Assembly (NCBI RefSeq): GCF_006345805.1
Contig: NC_043003.1
Span: 87,544,001-87,608,000, forward strand
Origin: Octopus sinensis
Lineage: Eukaryota
Direction of reading: 5' to 3'
DNA: 64,000 nt
The notes below the pieces were generated by a model. It made no database searches, was not told the origin of the DNA, and worked only from the letters and a program-made list of their open reading frames with translations. This document shows, one piece after another, positions 1-14,039 of the stretch (its first letter is position 1; each line of letters begins with the position of its first letter). Both the position numbers and the translations under genes were made by a program.

Positions 1-167
1 CTATATATGCTTCTTAAAACATGGAGTTTTAAGAGGCATATGTAGATAGATTAAAAGTTTCAATAGTTGTTGATGTAGGTTTATAAGATTTTAGAAAATA
101 AAAGATAAAATGTCCTAGTAATAGCATTTTTTTTAAAAATAGGGGTTACATGGAAAAATTATAAATA

Positions 168-205
168 GGCGCAGGAGTGGCTGTGTGATAAGTAGCTTGC
201 TTACT
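168..205 (+). mobile_element. Truncated 5' head of tRNA-derived SINE family A
   Basis: GGCGCAGGAGTGGCTGTGTGGATAAGTAGCTTGCTTAC matches the heads of fuller copies at 33456 and 53944, then stops abruptly. Confidence 0.75.
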
Positions 206-740
206 ACTAAGTTGTTGACGCGTTTTTTCCTATGCTGAGAAAGTAATGTCGTTTGACGTTGAAATTGAACATTTGAAATACGACCACAGGTAAGGCATTT
301 GTTTTTTTTTGGGGGGGGGGCTCAGTGAGGCTGTTGTTCGTATGGTTTATTATTTTTTCGAACAAGGGTCTCCACTGGGTTCCAGACATTTTGTCTGCCA
401 GTGGTCGTACAAAAAAACTCACTTTTCAGTGAGAATTGTGTATGTTTTTGGGAGGCGTGTCCCTCAGAAAATTTATGATTTTATGTGACTGTGTGCCATT
501 CATTGATTTTACCATTTAAAGTACAACCAGAATTAGAGGAATTTTTTGTTGCTATTTTTTTAACTGTGCTACGAAGGATTACTAGAGTTGAAATTTGTTG
601 CCATTTGAGAAAAAGAAAGAACTGACTTCTTTCTTTTTCTCTTGTCTGTCTTTCTGCTCTTTTTTGTATTTGCATTAGAGACTTTTATTTGAACATTTTT
701 GATTTTGTTGTGGACTTTTATATATTAGTTTCTTTTATCA

Positions 741-1903
741 ATGGCAACCAAATGTAAGAAGGCCTTGGACTGGCAAATTGTGGCCCCCAAAGAGTGGCTA
801 AAAAACTTTGATGAGAGAATGGTGGTGTTGCGGACCTATTGCAAGATCTGTGACACCATCTGTGTATTCTCTCAGAATAAAATTGAAGAAGAGTTGGCTG
901 GGTTTGCATCAACTTATAGGTTCATCTATAGGGGTGCAAATTACGCAACGGTGAGCATGCTTTTTGACACCCCTACAAAGGCTCAGAAATTTGCGAGCCA
1001 ACTTATAGATGGGAGGAAGATTTTGTTTCTCTCCACTTATGGTGGGCGTAAATTGACAAGAGCCTGGGTGTGTGGGCTGCTGCCTGGTATAGAGGCTGAA
1101 TGGATAGAAGATTCTATCCGTCGAGGCCTGAAGTGGTGGCCCTGCCAGGCTCTTCAATGTAAAAATATTGCCTGTGGTTGACCCTATGAGCCCATCGGCC
1201 GAAGATCTGGTTTTACCAGATTTCTTGACAATGGCTGGTTCCAAGCACCCAGTGATCATTGAGGGACGCCACCCCACCAACGTGTCACCTGTGCCTGGAA
1301 TCAGGGCACATGAAGAAGAACTGTTGCCGGGATCAGGCGAAGGTCTTGAAACGATTGATGATAACTGTAATCCCCCTGTGCCCCCAACAGAGCTTCCTGG
1401 GAGAAAGTCGTGGAGGAAGTAACCTCCCCGAGAAAAGGTACTAAGAGAAAGAATGTGGGCAACAATGGTTACCCACTGATTGACCCTGAGGTGGTGGGAG
1501 GGGAGGAGTGACCTCCGAATATGGAGGAACTCCACCCTCCCGTCGCAAAGGGGAAAAAAAGAAGAAGAAAAAGAAAAATGGGGCATTGCCAGCGATGGCA
1601 TGTCCCGAAACACCTTCAGTGGGATGTGTGCCACTAGAGGGGGAGAAGAAGGAAACCTTGTCGGTGGGATGTGTGCCACCGAGCGAGGTAGTTAAGGTCC
1701 CTCTCAATGAAAATGATGAAGAATTTGTATTCCTCTATCGCAGGGGAGGGGCGACTGAGGAGTATGTGGAAAATAATCTTGATAGTTGGGTTCTGATGGA
1801 CCCGATTTTTATTGACAGTCCAGGGTGGCCTTTGCAGGTACTGGAAAGAAAAGATTTTTTCCACAGGTTAAGATACTTCCCAAAGGACTTTTGGGGGCTC
1901 TGA
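741..1903 (+). mobile_element. L1/Tx1-clade ORF1 (gag-like, CCHC zinc knuckle), frameshifted; no ORF2 follows
   Basis: Overlapping ORFs 741-1181, 1168-1422, 1259-1444 and 1508-1903. RAWVCGLLPGIEAEWI is RRM-like, then VLPDFLTMAGSKHPVIIEGR and CHLCLESGHMKKNC (C-X2-C-X4-H-X4-C, 1283-1324), a Lys-rich tract and a repeated ETxSVGCVP motif. Confidence 0.7.
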
Positions 1904-2348
1904 TTGGTGGTTGCAGGAATATCTGCAGGCCGCAAAAGAGTTAATTGAGGGAGTAATGTAAGAGGTTTATCGCCTCCATATGTATAATATTTATTTCCCT
2001 TGTGATGGACTTCTAGTCCAATTTTTTGTATATATTTGTAAGAGGTTTAATACCTCTATATATGTTGTTTTTAACGAATAATGTTTTAGAGAAGCAGGCG
2101 CTTTCTGTCTTCTCCCATCTTTATCATCTTGTATTATTATCTTATTAGAGTTTTTGAATGTTGTAATTTAAAATTTGAGAGATCTAAGGATTAAATTTAT
2201 ACTTATATTATGATATGAATTATGGTTTATATGATAATTATTTTAATAAATAAGAGTACTAATATCATGGGCTTAATATGTGGGTTATATGGGTATCCTT
2301 AATATGGAAAATTTTAAGTGGGGGATTATGGAATTTGCTTCGGCGAAC

Positions 2349-2381
2349 TAATATATATATATTTCAATGTTGGTATGTATG

Positions 2382-2452
<71 letters not shown>

Positions 2453-2475
2453 GTATATATATATATATATATATA
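2349..2475. repeat. (TA)n/(TATG)n microsatellite
   Basis: Direct sequence. Confidence 0.95.
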
Positions 2476-5297
2476 GGAGAAGGGTCTGGAAGCTTAAAGA
2501 TCCTGCAAATGGACAGAGATTTAGAGACATACTACTCGAAGCCTTTGACGAAATAGAAGGGGATATAGCTTCACTTAATGTGGAAGACAACTGGAGATTC
2601 CTACGGGACAATCTGCTGACAGCCACTGACCAGATCTGTGGATGGAGCAAAGTACCATCTCGACCAGAGTAACATGGTGGTGGAACACTGTGGTTGACAG
2701 GGCTATTAGACAAAAGAGACAGGCTTGGAAGGACTGGAAGAACGGTGGTAGCAGGGAATTGTATCAGACAGCCAGAAGGGAAGCTAGGAGACAGGTTTAT
2801 TTAGCCAGAGGGGAAGCGGATAAGAAAAAATTTGCCAATGTTCTGAGCCGTGAGGATGAAAGACTTGAGGTATTTCGTGTTGCAAGACAGTGTGTGAGAG
2901 AGAATCGTGATGTGATAGGAGAGAAGTGTGTTCGCATGGATGATGGTTCACTTGCACTAAATGAGGATGCAAAGAGAGAGGTTTGGAGATGCCACTATGA
3001 AAGGTTGCTGAATAAAGAAAATGAATGAGATAAAGAGAGTCTGCCGAATGTTGACCCAACAGAGGGACCAGCTATCCGAGTTGATAGTTCCGTGGTAGCT
3101 AAGGCAATTAGAAGCATGAAGACAGGGAAAGCCCCAGGCCCATCAGGAATTACTGCAGAGATGCTCAAAATATCTGGCAGTGTCGGCTATAACCTAGTCA
3201 CCCGTATAGTCAACAGGTGATACACGAAGGAGTCATACCCAATGACTGGTGTAGCAGCATACTAGTCAACTGCTACAAAGGTAAAGGTGATGCCCTAGAT
3301 ACAATAATTACAGAGGTATCAAGCTGTTGGATCAGGTAATGAAGGTTACGGAGAGGGTCATAGCCCAACTAATTAGAGAGAGAGTTAGCTTAGATGAGAT
3401 GCAGTTTGGGTTTGTGCCAGGGAAAAGCACCACTGATGCTATATTCCTGGTAAGGCAGCTGCAGGAGAAATACCTAGCCAAAGATAAGCCCCTGTACCTG
3501 GCTTTCGTTGACATGGAGAAAGCTTTTGATAGGGTCCCCCGATCCCTCATCTGGTGGTCAATGAGGAAACTAGGGATAGATGAATGGCTGGTGAGGGCTG
3601 TGCAAGCCATGTACAGAGATGCTGTATGTAAGGTTAGGGTTGGCAACATGTACACAGAAGAATTCAAAGTAGAGGTTGGGGTCCACCAGGGTTCAGTACT
3701 CAGCCCCCTCCTATTTATCATAGTCCTCCAGGCAATTACAGAGGAATTCAAGACAGGTTGCCCCTGGGAGCTCCTCTATGCTGACGACCTCGCTCTAATT
3801 GCTGAGTCACTATCAGAACTGGAGGAGAAGTTCCAGGTGTGGAAGGAGGGTTTAGAATCGAGGGGCCTTAGAGTCAACCTAGCTAATAAGTAGAAGTACT
3901 AATAAGTAGAAAGGTAGACAATCCACAAATATCCTCAGGAAGATGGCCCTGCTCGATCTGTAGAAAAGGTGTAGGTAGAAACTCTATAAGATGTACCCAG
4001 TGTAAGCTATGGACACATAAGAGGTGCAGCAATGTCAAAGGTAGGCTAACTGGGAAGATAGTTTTTGTATGTGGCAGATGCTCGGGAGCATTGACCTCCG
4101 AAAATCTGCAGAAAACAACTTCCGTCACTTTCCGGGGGGAAAAATTAGAAGTAGTTGATAGCTTCCGCTATCTAGGTGACCAAGTCAGTAGTGGGGGTGG
4201 GTGCGCTGAAAGTGTAACTGCTAGAATAAGAATAGCCTGGGCAAAGTTTAGGGAGCTCTTACCTCTGCTGGTGACTAAAGGCCTCTCGCTCAGAGTAAAA
4301 GGCAGACTGTATGATGCATGTGTACGAACAGCTATGCTACATGGCAGTGAAACATGGGCCGTGACTGCTGAGGACATGCGTAAGCTCGTGAGGAACGAAG
4401 CCAGTATGCTCCGATGTATGTGTAATGTCAGTATACTTACTCGACAGAGCGTTAGTACCTTGAGAGAAATGTTGTACCTAAGAAGCATCAGTTGTGGTGT
4501 GCAAAAGAGACGATTGCGCTAGTTTGGTCATGTGGCGAGAATGGATGAAGATAGGTGTGTGAGAAAGTGCCAATCCCTAGCAGTTGAGGGAACCCGTGGA
4601 AGAGGTAGACCCAGGAAAACCTGGGACGAGGTGGTGAAGCACGACCTTCGGACGTTAGGTCTCACCATGGAAATGACTAGAGACCGAGACCTATGGAAGT
4701 ATGCTGTGCGTGAGAAGACCCGGCAAGACTAGTGAAGCCATAACCCATGGCCCCTACCTGGGACGTAGTCAGTCCACCTGTGCATACCTTCCTTCTTGTG
4801 ACACTTGTGAAGACCAGTGAGGCAAGTGAGAATCGAATCAAATCAAATCAAATCGAACCAAATCAAAATAGATGAACATCAATGGAATTTGTATCCTTGT
4901 GGTACCAGTGCCGGTGGCACATAAGAAAACCATCCGAACGTGACCGTAGCCAGTACCGCAACGACTGGCCTCCGTGCTGAGGGCACGTTACAATCACCAT
5001 CCGAGCGTGGCCGTTCGCCAGCCTCGTCTGGCACCTGTGTCGGTGACACATAAGAAAACACCATCCAAGCGTGGCCGTCTGCCAGCCTTGTCTGGCACCT
5101 GTGTCGGTGGCACATAAAATCACCCACTACACTCTCGGAGTGGTTGGCGTTAGGAAGGGCATCCAGCTGTAGAAACACTGCCAGATCTGACTGGCCTGGT
5201 GCAGCCTTCGGGCTTGCCAGACCCCAGTTGAACCGTCCAACCCATGCTAGCATGGAAAGCGGACGTTAAACGATGATGATGATGATGATGATGATGA
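2475..5297 (+). mobile_element. 5'-truncated RTE-clade LINE (family 1): RT with internal PHD-like finger, repeat-bearing 3'UTR, (GAT)n tail
   Basis: YLAFVDMEKAFDRVPR, GVHQGSVLSPLLF and LLYADDLAL motifs. ORF ends ...AVREKTRQD* at 4732. About 60-bp tandem units at 4896-5125; GGACGTTAAAC(GAT)n tail. A few frameshifts and stops. Confidence 0.95.
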
Positions 5298-5345
5298 TAT
5301 ATATATACTGTATATATACAGTATATATATATATACTGTATATAT

Positions 5346-5394
<49 letters not shown>

Positions 5395-5395
<1 letters not shown>

Positions 5396-5690
5396 GAGGC
5401 GCAATGGCCCAATGGTTAGGGCAGCGGACTCGAGGTCGTAGGATCGCGGTTTCGATTCCCAGACCGGGCGTTGTGAGTGTTTATTGAGCGAAAACACCTA
5501 AAAGCTCCATGAGGCTCCGGCAGGGGAGGGGGGTGATCCCTGCCGTACTCTTTCACCACTCTTTCTTCTGTTGGCCTGCTCACTTAGCCAGCGAGGTGGC
5601 GTCATTCGAAGGCTAAAACAATGCAAACGCATTGTGACCAGCGATGTGTAACTACATCTGATGGACTGGTCGGTCACGTGATCACGTGAT
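5395..5690 (+). mobile_element. tRNA-derived SINE family B
   Basis: A box TGGCCCAATGG and B box GGTTTCGATTCC. Ends GGTCACGTGATCACGTGAT followed by a (TA)n tail; flanked by microsatellites. Confidence 0.8.
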
Positions 5691-5890
5691 ATATATGTAT
5701 GTATATATATATGTATATACATATATATATACATATCAGTATATAAATATATATATATATATATACTGATATGTATTAATACCATAAAATATTATGGTAT
5801 TGAATATGGTTTATTTGATCATTATTGTTGGTTTTTTTCCTATTGTTTTAATTACCTTTACTATCACTCAAATGATACAAAATTTATCAG

Positions 5891-5996
5891 GAAATAGTTT
5901 CAACCACTAATGCAGTTAGCACAAAGAAGTAAAAGTGCCTTATGGATGTAGAGAACTCAGCAATGCGTTGCACCACTACAACATATTGGAACTGTG
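5891..5996 (+). other. Possible exon with start codon (ATG 5942; MDVENSAMRCTTTTYWNC), gene link unproven
   Basis: TTTATCAG|G acceptor and GTG|GTAAGT consensus donor, in apparently non-repetitive sequence. No recognisable homology. Confidence 0.25.
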
Positions 5997-7196
5997 GTAA
6001 GTGGCACTACACAAATTATTGTTCGTGCAAGAAGAAAAAAAAAGTGTCAAAGCATATTCGAACCTTAATCTGCCAATTTCCTTTAACATTTCAACAGTGA
6101 TTTTCTCACAGAAAGACAATAGTGACAACAGTTACATTTAGTGAGAGGAGTTTTGGAAAGTCCACAGGACCCAACATTTTTCCCCTCATAACTTTATGGA
6201 AGATAAGTATTTTTTGATGAAATTTTATACAAATACCTTTCAAACGGTTACAAAAAAATTTGTAGGCAAAATTTTTGGAAGGGGACGGTAGGGGAGAGGA
6301 GTTTCTGGAAAACGGAGTTTTGGATCAGACGGCCCACGTAAGTTGGAATTTCTCCGTTTTGACGGAGATTTTTTCCAATGTTTTCCACCAAAGTCTTCAG
6401 AATAATGGGGGGGGGGGCATGTTTTCCTGAAAACAAAGTTTTGAAAATCGATTTTTTTTCACACCTGCCACCCCCTCACCACCCCTGTCCAAAACGGTTT
6501 TGGGCTTTTTTTTCACTCTGTAATTAAAACCCGTGAGAGAAACATTTTCAGTTTAAGAAGAAATTGTTAATAATTTCAGAGGAAAATGTGTGATTCAAGG
6601 GAAAACTGGCTTTTGTTTCTAGTGCATCCCAAAACCTTCCAGCTTGTTTCTTTCTCACTCATCTATTGATATTTTTCAATATTTTTCTCCTCATAAGCAA
6701 ATTTTATGGAGTGATGATGTCAAAGTAACACACGTGTAGTCCCAACCAAGCGAAGCTGTGTTATGTGTGTGTGTGTAAGGAAAAAGTGCTTAAAACATCT
6801 TTAGTGTTCATATTAATCTGTCAAATGTAATGCTTATTTGTTGACGTTCTTTTGAATTATTCGAGTTCAAGAGGGGTGTCCACAATATTTGCTTTGAAAT
6901 TTGGTCAGTAGGTGCTTTATATACCACTCATTTATAGTTACGTAAATTTGACTTTTAAGGACAGGAAAATTTAATTAACAGGTGTAAAAGCAATAAAGTT
7001 ATGGATAAACACTAAAATTGAAATTCTTAATGCATCTTACCCGTTTGATTTGTTACTAAAATTACCCCAGATGGCAACCGACAAAAATTTTGCCACTTTT
7101 CAATATGGTATCATATTACTCATTGATGTAGTTGGTTAATAAATTATGTGGTAGTTGATGATTGATTAAAGTGTATTCCTCCATTTTGTCATTTTG

Positions 7197-8680
<1,484 letters not shown>

Positions 8681-8684
8681 TATA

Positions 8685-9001
8685 GGTGGCAAAAAATTTC
8701 GCAGAATTTTTTTGCCACCAGCGCCTAGTGGGAAAAATTAAATAGTCATAGACCATTTATAAATCAAACAGCAAAATCAAGAACGGCCATAATAGGCCAT
8801 TCACCCAACTAGAATAACAGCCAAGGCTTCAACCGCAAAACAACATTAATTCCGTAAACCAGGAGAAAATTAAAAAAACATTTACCCTGTAATTCTTTAT
8901 ACGATGCACCGTTTCTTCTATTTTTAATGGAAAACCAACCTGATTAAATTAATCAAGCTAGGCCGCTGGTGGAAAAAAATTCTGCGAAATTTTTTGCCAC
9001 C
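8685..9001. mobile_element. MITE-like unit with about 44-bp inverted termini, TATA-flanked
   Basis: GGTGGCAAAAAATTTCGCAGAATTTTTTTGCCACCAGCGCCTAG (8685-8728) is inverted at 8958-9001. Confidence 0.5.
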
Positions 9002-9399
9002 CTATATTGATTAATTATGAATTTTCTGGTTAATTCCGTAATGGAATCGGCGGCTTTATTTGCTGCCGATAATTTTGGCGCGATGTTGATGATTTGAAAA
9101 TTTTAGGTCAGATATTGCTGAGAAGTGGTGTAAAGTGCCTCGTGTAAATATCTGCTCCGACCTGGCCGTTCTTTAACTGATGAACTATCGGCCTATGGAA
9201 GACTAGCTTGATTTAATTTAATCAGGTTGGTTTACCATTAAACAATAGAAGAAACGGTGCATCGTATAAAGAATTACAGGGTAAATGTTTTCTTAATTTT
9301 CTCCTGGTTTACGGAATTAATGTTGTTTTGCGGTTGAAGCCTTGGCTGTTATTTCTAGTGGGTGAATGGCCTATTATGGCCGTTCCTTGATTTTGCTGT

Positions 9400-9432
<33 letters not shown>

Positions 9433-10004
9433 ACAATAATTGTTTCTTGTCAGGAACAAAAAAAGGTTTAATAGGACTGCAATAGAAGTGCTCTATTGGA
9501 AGAGACAAAAATATCAAACTAAAATCATTGAACAAGCAAATACAAAGTCAACCGCATGTCATTTCATAATTCGAACATTTATTATAGATAAACATATAAC
9601 CCGCAAGATGGAACAAAATTCATATGTACAGCACGTAATAATAATAATATGGTATGGTGCGAGAAAAATTCTTATCATTAAAAATTTAGAATTAATATTT
9701 TAGCGATTCAAAAGAATACATTTATAAAAAACGTAGAAAGTAAAATAAATATAAGTAATATATAAAAATATATATATTTATATTTTATAATAGTATATAT
9801 ATTTATATTTTATATGGTAGTACGATGGATTTTAAGGCGCGAATAGGTCCCACATGAGCTCTTTTACTAACGAAAAATACTTTAACTCAACTACACTTGC
9901 ATCGCATATACACAACCTGAGAAAGAACAATAAGAATTATTTCTAGAATGTGGTCCATCATTTCTAAAATCCCAAACTTTAAGAGAATATCAGCAAGTGT
10001 AGGC

Positions 10005-10104
10005 NNNNNNNNNNNNNNNNNNNNNNNNNNNNNNNNNNNNNNNNNNNNNNNNNNNNNNNNNNNNNNNNNNNNNNNNNNNNNNNNNNNNNNNNNNNNNNNN
10101 NNNN
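10005..10104. other. Assembly gap (100 N)
   Basis: Direct sequence; a round 100-N run usually marks a gap of unknown size. Confidence 0.99.
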
Positions 10105-10176
10105 TATATGTATATATATATGTAATATATATGTATATATGTATATATATATGTATATATATATGTATATATATAG

Positions 10177-10239
<63 letters not shown>

Positions 10240-10389
10240 CACACACAAACACATATATACACACATACATTTATGCAGATATACACATATGTATACATGT
10301 GCTTGCCCCTATTCACACTCACACACATCATTCTTACATACACATGCACTTGCACACCCTAGTTCAACTGGGTCATTGTTATTTCCCTT

Positions 10390-11290
10390 TCACTCAGCCT
10401 CTTTCTTCAGGTTATTTCATCATGTCGAACCATTAATCCCTACACATTTTTTTTCTGTTTTTTTCATTCTCTTGCCATTTTTTTCCTCTCACTCCTTTCT
10501 GCCAAAGAGCATAAGCTCAAAATGTCAAAGACTATTCCATTCTCTCCAAGTATCAAACTAATACACCTGCTTATTGTTCCCTCACTTGGCTTTGACTTTT
10601 GTTTTCTATAAATTTGGACTATATATTACATAGACTCACATAGTCACTCCAGTCTGATCCTGCCTGACTGAACTTCCTCCTCTCTTGGACTCTCATCTCT
10701 CCTACCTTCTTGAACTTTCAGAACCTCTCATCCACCTAACCATTTCTCCATTGGATCTTCAAACTCTTTTGGACTCTACCACCATGGATCTTACTAGCTA
10801 CTTTCATTGATGTATATGGCACTAACCTATCACAACTTCTTAAACTTTCAGAACTTTTTGAACTTCTTACATTGATAACTTTGACATTTTCTCTCTCCTT
10901 TTATCTTTTTTATCTCCTATTCCTCATTCCAGCATGCTTCACCACTTACACCATTGTCTCAGACATTACCTGACTTTGATTCCTTTCTGTTGCCTCCAAA
11001 TATTCTCTCAACCTTTCCTTACTCATTTTCAAAAGAACATGTTTCTCCAGTCACATTTCCTTTCTCAGTCGCTGCCTTCATCACAACTTCATCCCCAAAG
11101 GTTTCTGCCTCCATTTCCACCCTACCTCTCATTCTGCTTCCACCATCTTACCCTTCCTCCATTCCACTTCATGCCACCCCATGCAAGCTACTATCCATTC
11201 TAATCTTTCCAAAACATATCCTTGACCACCTTCTCCCTCTTGCTTACTCCATCTTAGAACTGAAAAGGATCTGTGTTCTTTCAACTAAGC
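10390..11290 (+). mobile_element. Degraded Penelope-like (Neptune-type) element, N-terminal region
   Basis: CT-rich. CLHHNFIPKGFCLHF-type segment near 11075 resembles the segment at about 52565. Confidence 0.45.
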
Positions 11291-11960
11291 ATAGGTTACA
11301 TTATTTTGATCCATTGACACATGGCGTGGATTTTTCAAGTATTTTCCACTTTATTGTATGTGGTGTGGAGTTAGACTTCAAACCCAATACATGGCTAGCC
11401 AACTTAGTGGTTTTACTTTTGTTCCTCTGCAGGAAGGAGATATGTGGTTAGCATACCAATTTTTGAAGTTGCCTTCATGTAGCCCAATGTATGTCTTCTT
11501 TTCAGTTATGTTATCATCTAGTGTTGCTGTAATTTCGGCCTCATAAATGCCAGATTTAATCATGCATCCCTGTTCAAGTGGACAGGTTCTTGGGTCTTGA
11601 CAGTTACAACTGGTGGCTCTTGGTGGTGTTTGTGTGTAATGATGCTTTTTATATTGGGGCAGCAGCTATATAATTTAATTGAATGCCTGTTGAATATTTT
11701 TCTGTATCTGTGATTTTCTGGAAAATGTTTGTCACACAGGAATCTTTTACCTATGTTGGTTTTTAACATTAAGGGAAAGGTTGGGGGACCAAATTATTCT
11801 TCTAGGTTTATTTTTATTATTCATATTATTACTAGAGGAATAGTATATTGATTCATCATTAAAGTCACTATTGGCTAGGGCATTGTTGTAGTAGGGGGCT
11901 GCCTTCTTGAAAATTTTGTTAGAAATTAAAGAAATGTAACTGTGTGAATATGTAAGAATG
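11290..11960 (-). mobile_element. Penelope-like element fragment (probably Naiad-type): RT C-terminus, linker and GIY-YIG
   Basis: AAPYYNNALANS, RRIIW, KTNIGKRF..DKHFPENHRYRKIFNRHSIK, CNCQDPRTCPLEQGCMIKSGIYEAEIT..KKTYIGLHEGNFKNWYANH. Confidence 0.8.
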
Positions 11961-12284
11961 ACATATGAATGTTTGTGAGTGAACTTAAAATTATGTGAGC
12001 CTGTGTGAGTGTATGGGAGCATATATGTGTATGTGTATAAGTACCCTTCTGTGTGCATTGTGTGGAGTGAAGTGTTTCAAGTATTTATGTGTGTCTGTGT
12101 GTAAGGCTGTGTATAGCATGTGTGTGAGTCTATCGTGTGTGGGTGCATGTGCAAAGGCTTGTATGTAGCAATTAATGCGTGCTTGTTCAAGTAATCTGTG
12201 CATATGTGTATGTGTGTGTGTGTTAGTGCATGAAGTGTATGTGTAACCCTATAGTGTGCATGTGGATTGTGTATGAGAGAGCAG

Positions 12285-12720
12285 GAGATGCAGCAGATGA
12301 CATTACTGGAGGAATAGGTAAAGGAGCCTGTGATATGATAGGGGCAGTGGTGAGTGCTGGTGAGGGTAGTGGTGTTGGAGAGGTAGGGGCAGGTGCAACA
12401 GTATGAGCAAGAGCATGGGAAGGAGCCAGGTTGGGTGCCAGGAGTAGGGAAGAAACTGCAGACTAGAAGATCACACAGATTGTGGCAGCATTTGAAGGAG
12501 GGAAGGGTGGGTTAGGGAAGATATGGGAGGTGGAGGGTCATACTGGAGTCAACAGAAGACTCATAGAAAGCTTTTGGGAGAGGAGGGTGGAGGGGTGGTA
12601 TGTTAGAGGAAAAGGGAGGCAAGTAAGGGTGAGGTGGGTGCAGGGAGAGAGAGCAGAGGCATAGTCAATAGATTGTGCACGGGCAAGAGCAAGCTATTAC
12701 TACAAGCTACTTACTACATA
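12285..12720 (-). mobile_element. Neptune-type Penelope-like linker/GIY-YIG fragment
   Basis: Reverse complement translates to PGTQPGSFPCSCSYCCTCPYLSNTT...ITGSFTYSSSNVICCISC. Confidence 0.7.
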
Positions 12721-12734
12721 GCCACTCCTACGCC

Positions 12735-12774
<40 letters not shown>

Positions 12775-12870
12775 AAAATAGGATAAAATCTTTATAAGAA
12801 ATTATCAAGTAGTTAGTGGGAAAAACCTCATAAGGGAAAAATTTATTAATTATTCCATTTAAATATATTT

Positions 12871-13033
12871 ATTTATATTAAGGGCATTACTATACATAAA
12901 TACTTCACGCTAGGAGTAACTCTTAAAGTCAGAACTACCATAATAAACAAAATGTATTTATTATGGTAGTTTTGACTTTAAGAGTCCCTCCTAGCATGAG
13001 GCATTTATGTATTGTAATGCCCTTAATATAAAT
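12871..13033. repeat. Hairpin: 77-bp arms, 9-nt loop
   Basis: 12871-12947 versus 12957-13033, 70/77 complementary. Confidence 0.9.
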
Positions 13034-13159
13034 AATGTTTGTGTGTGTGTGTGTGTAGATGATAATGACTTGTAGCGACACAGTTTTTCATTATACTACA
13101 AAGTGTATTAAACGTTTCTTCAAGTCAGTACCATGTTCTACTGTGTTAGCAGTGCTCTT

Positions 13160-13228
13160 ACATCACTTGTTAAGATTATCTGTACAGATTTTCTAAATGT
13201 CTGTAGAGATAACCTTAACAAGTGATGT
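13160..13228. repeat. Hairpin: 29-bp arms, 11-nt loop (pre-miRNA-sized)
   Basis: 13160-13188 versus 13200-13228, 27/29 complementary. Confidence 0.85.
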
Positions 13229-13600
13229 TATAAAAATGTTTAATATACTTTGTAATATATCCTGTCGCATAATGAAATACTGTGTCCTTACAAGCCATTA
13301 ATATTTACATACCAGCTCCCAGGAATATGTTTGATGTGTAAAATTGATATATCCAATGTTACATTGCTGTATTTAGTGGCTATTTAAGCAATGAGTCCAT
13401 GGATGATTAATGGTTGGATGGGTGCTGATGAAGGAGCAAAACTTCCTAAAATATGTCCCATCACCTGAAATACATCCATCACCCGTTTTTTGTCTTTGAT
13501 TTCATTGTTTGTTTACATCTGGCATCTTGGTTATGAAATATTGTAACAAAATCTGTTCTGGCTAGAATTTCTATAGAAAATCTGTAGAAGTAACATATGT

Positions 13601-13950
13601 AGGCACAGGTGTAGTAAGAAGCTTGCTTCCCTGTCACATGGTTCCAGGTTCAGTCCCACTGCGTGGCATTTTGAGCAAGTGTCTTCTACTATAACCTCAG
13701 GTCAACCAAAGCCTTGTGAGTGGAGTTGGTACACAGAAACTGAAAGAAGCTCATTGTATGTGTCTTTGTGTCAGTGTTTGCCCCCCCCATCACTTGATAA
13801 CTGGTGTTGGTGTGTTTATGTCCCCATAACTTAGCAGTTCAGCCAGGAGACCAATAGAATAAGTATCAGGCTTGAAGAAAAAGGAAAAAGTACTGGGGTT
13901 GATTCATTCGACTAAAAATTTTCCAAGGTGGTACCTGAAACAAGGAAAAG
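13601..13950 (+). mobile_element. SINE family A, diverged
   Basis: Head with B box GGTTCAGTCCCA, core CAAAGCCTTGTGAGTGGA...AACTGAAAGAAGC, TG-rich middle and GAAACAAG tail. Confidence 0.85.
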
Positions 13951-14039
13951 ATAAAAGATATATATCATTCACACTTATCAGTGGATGAGTATATTCTTAA
14001 GATCAACTTTTAGTTACTCTTGAGCATTTATAGGTTTCA

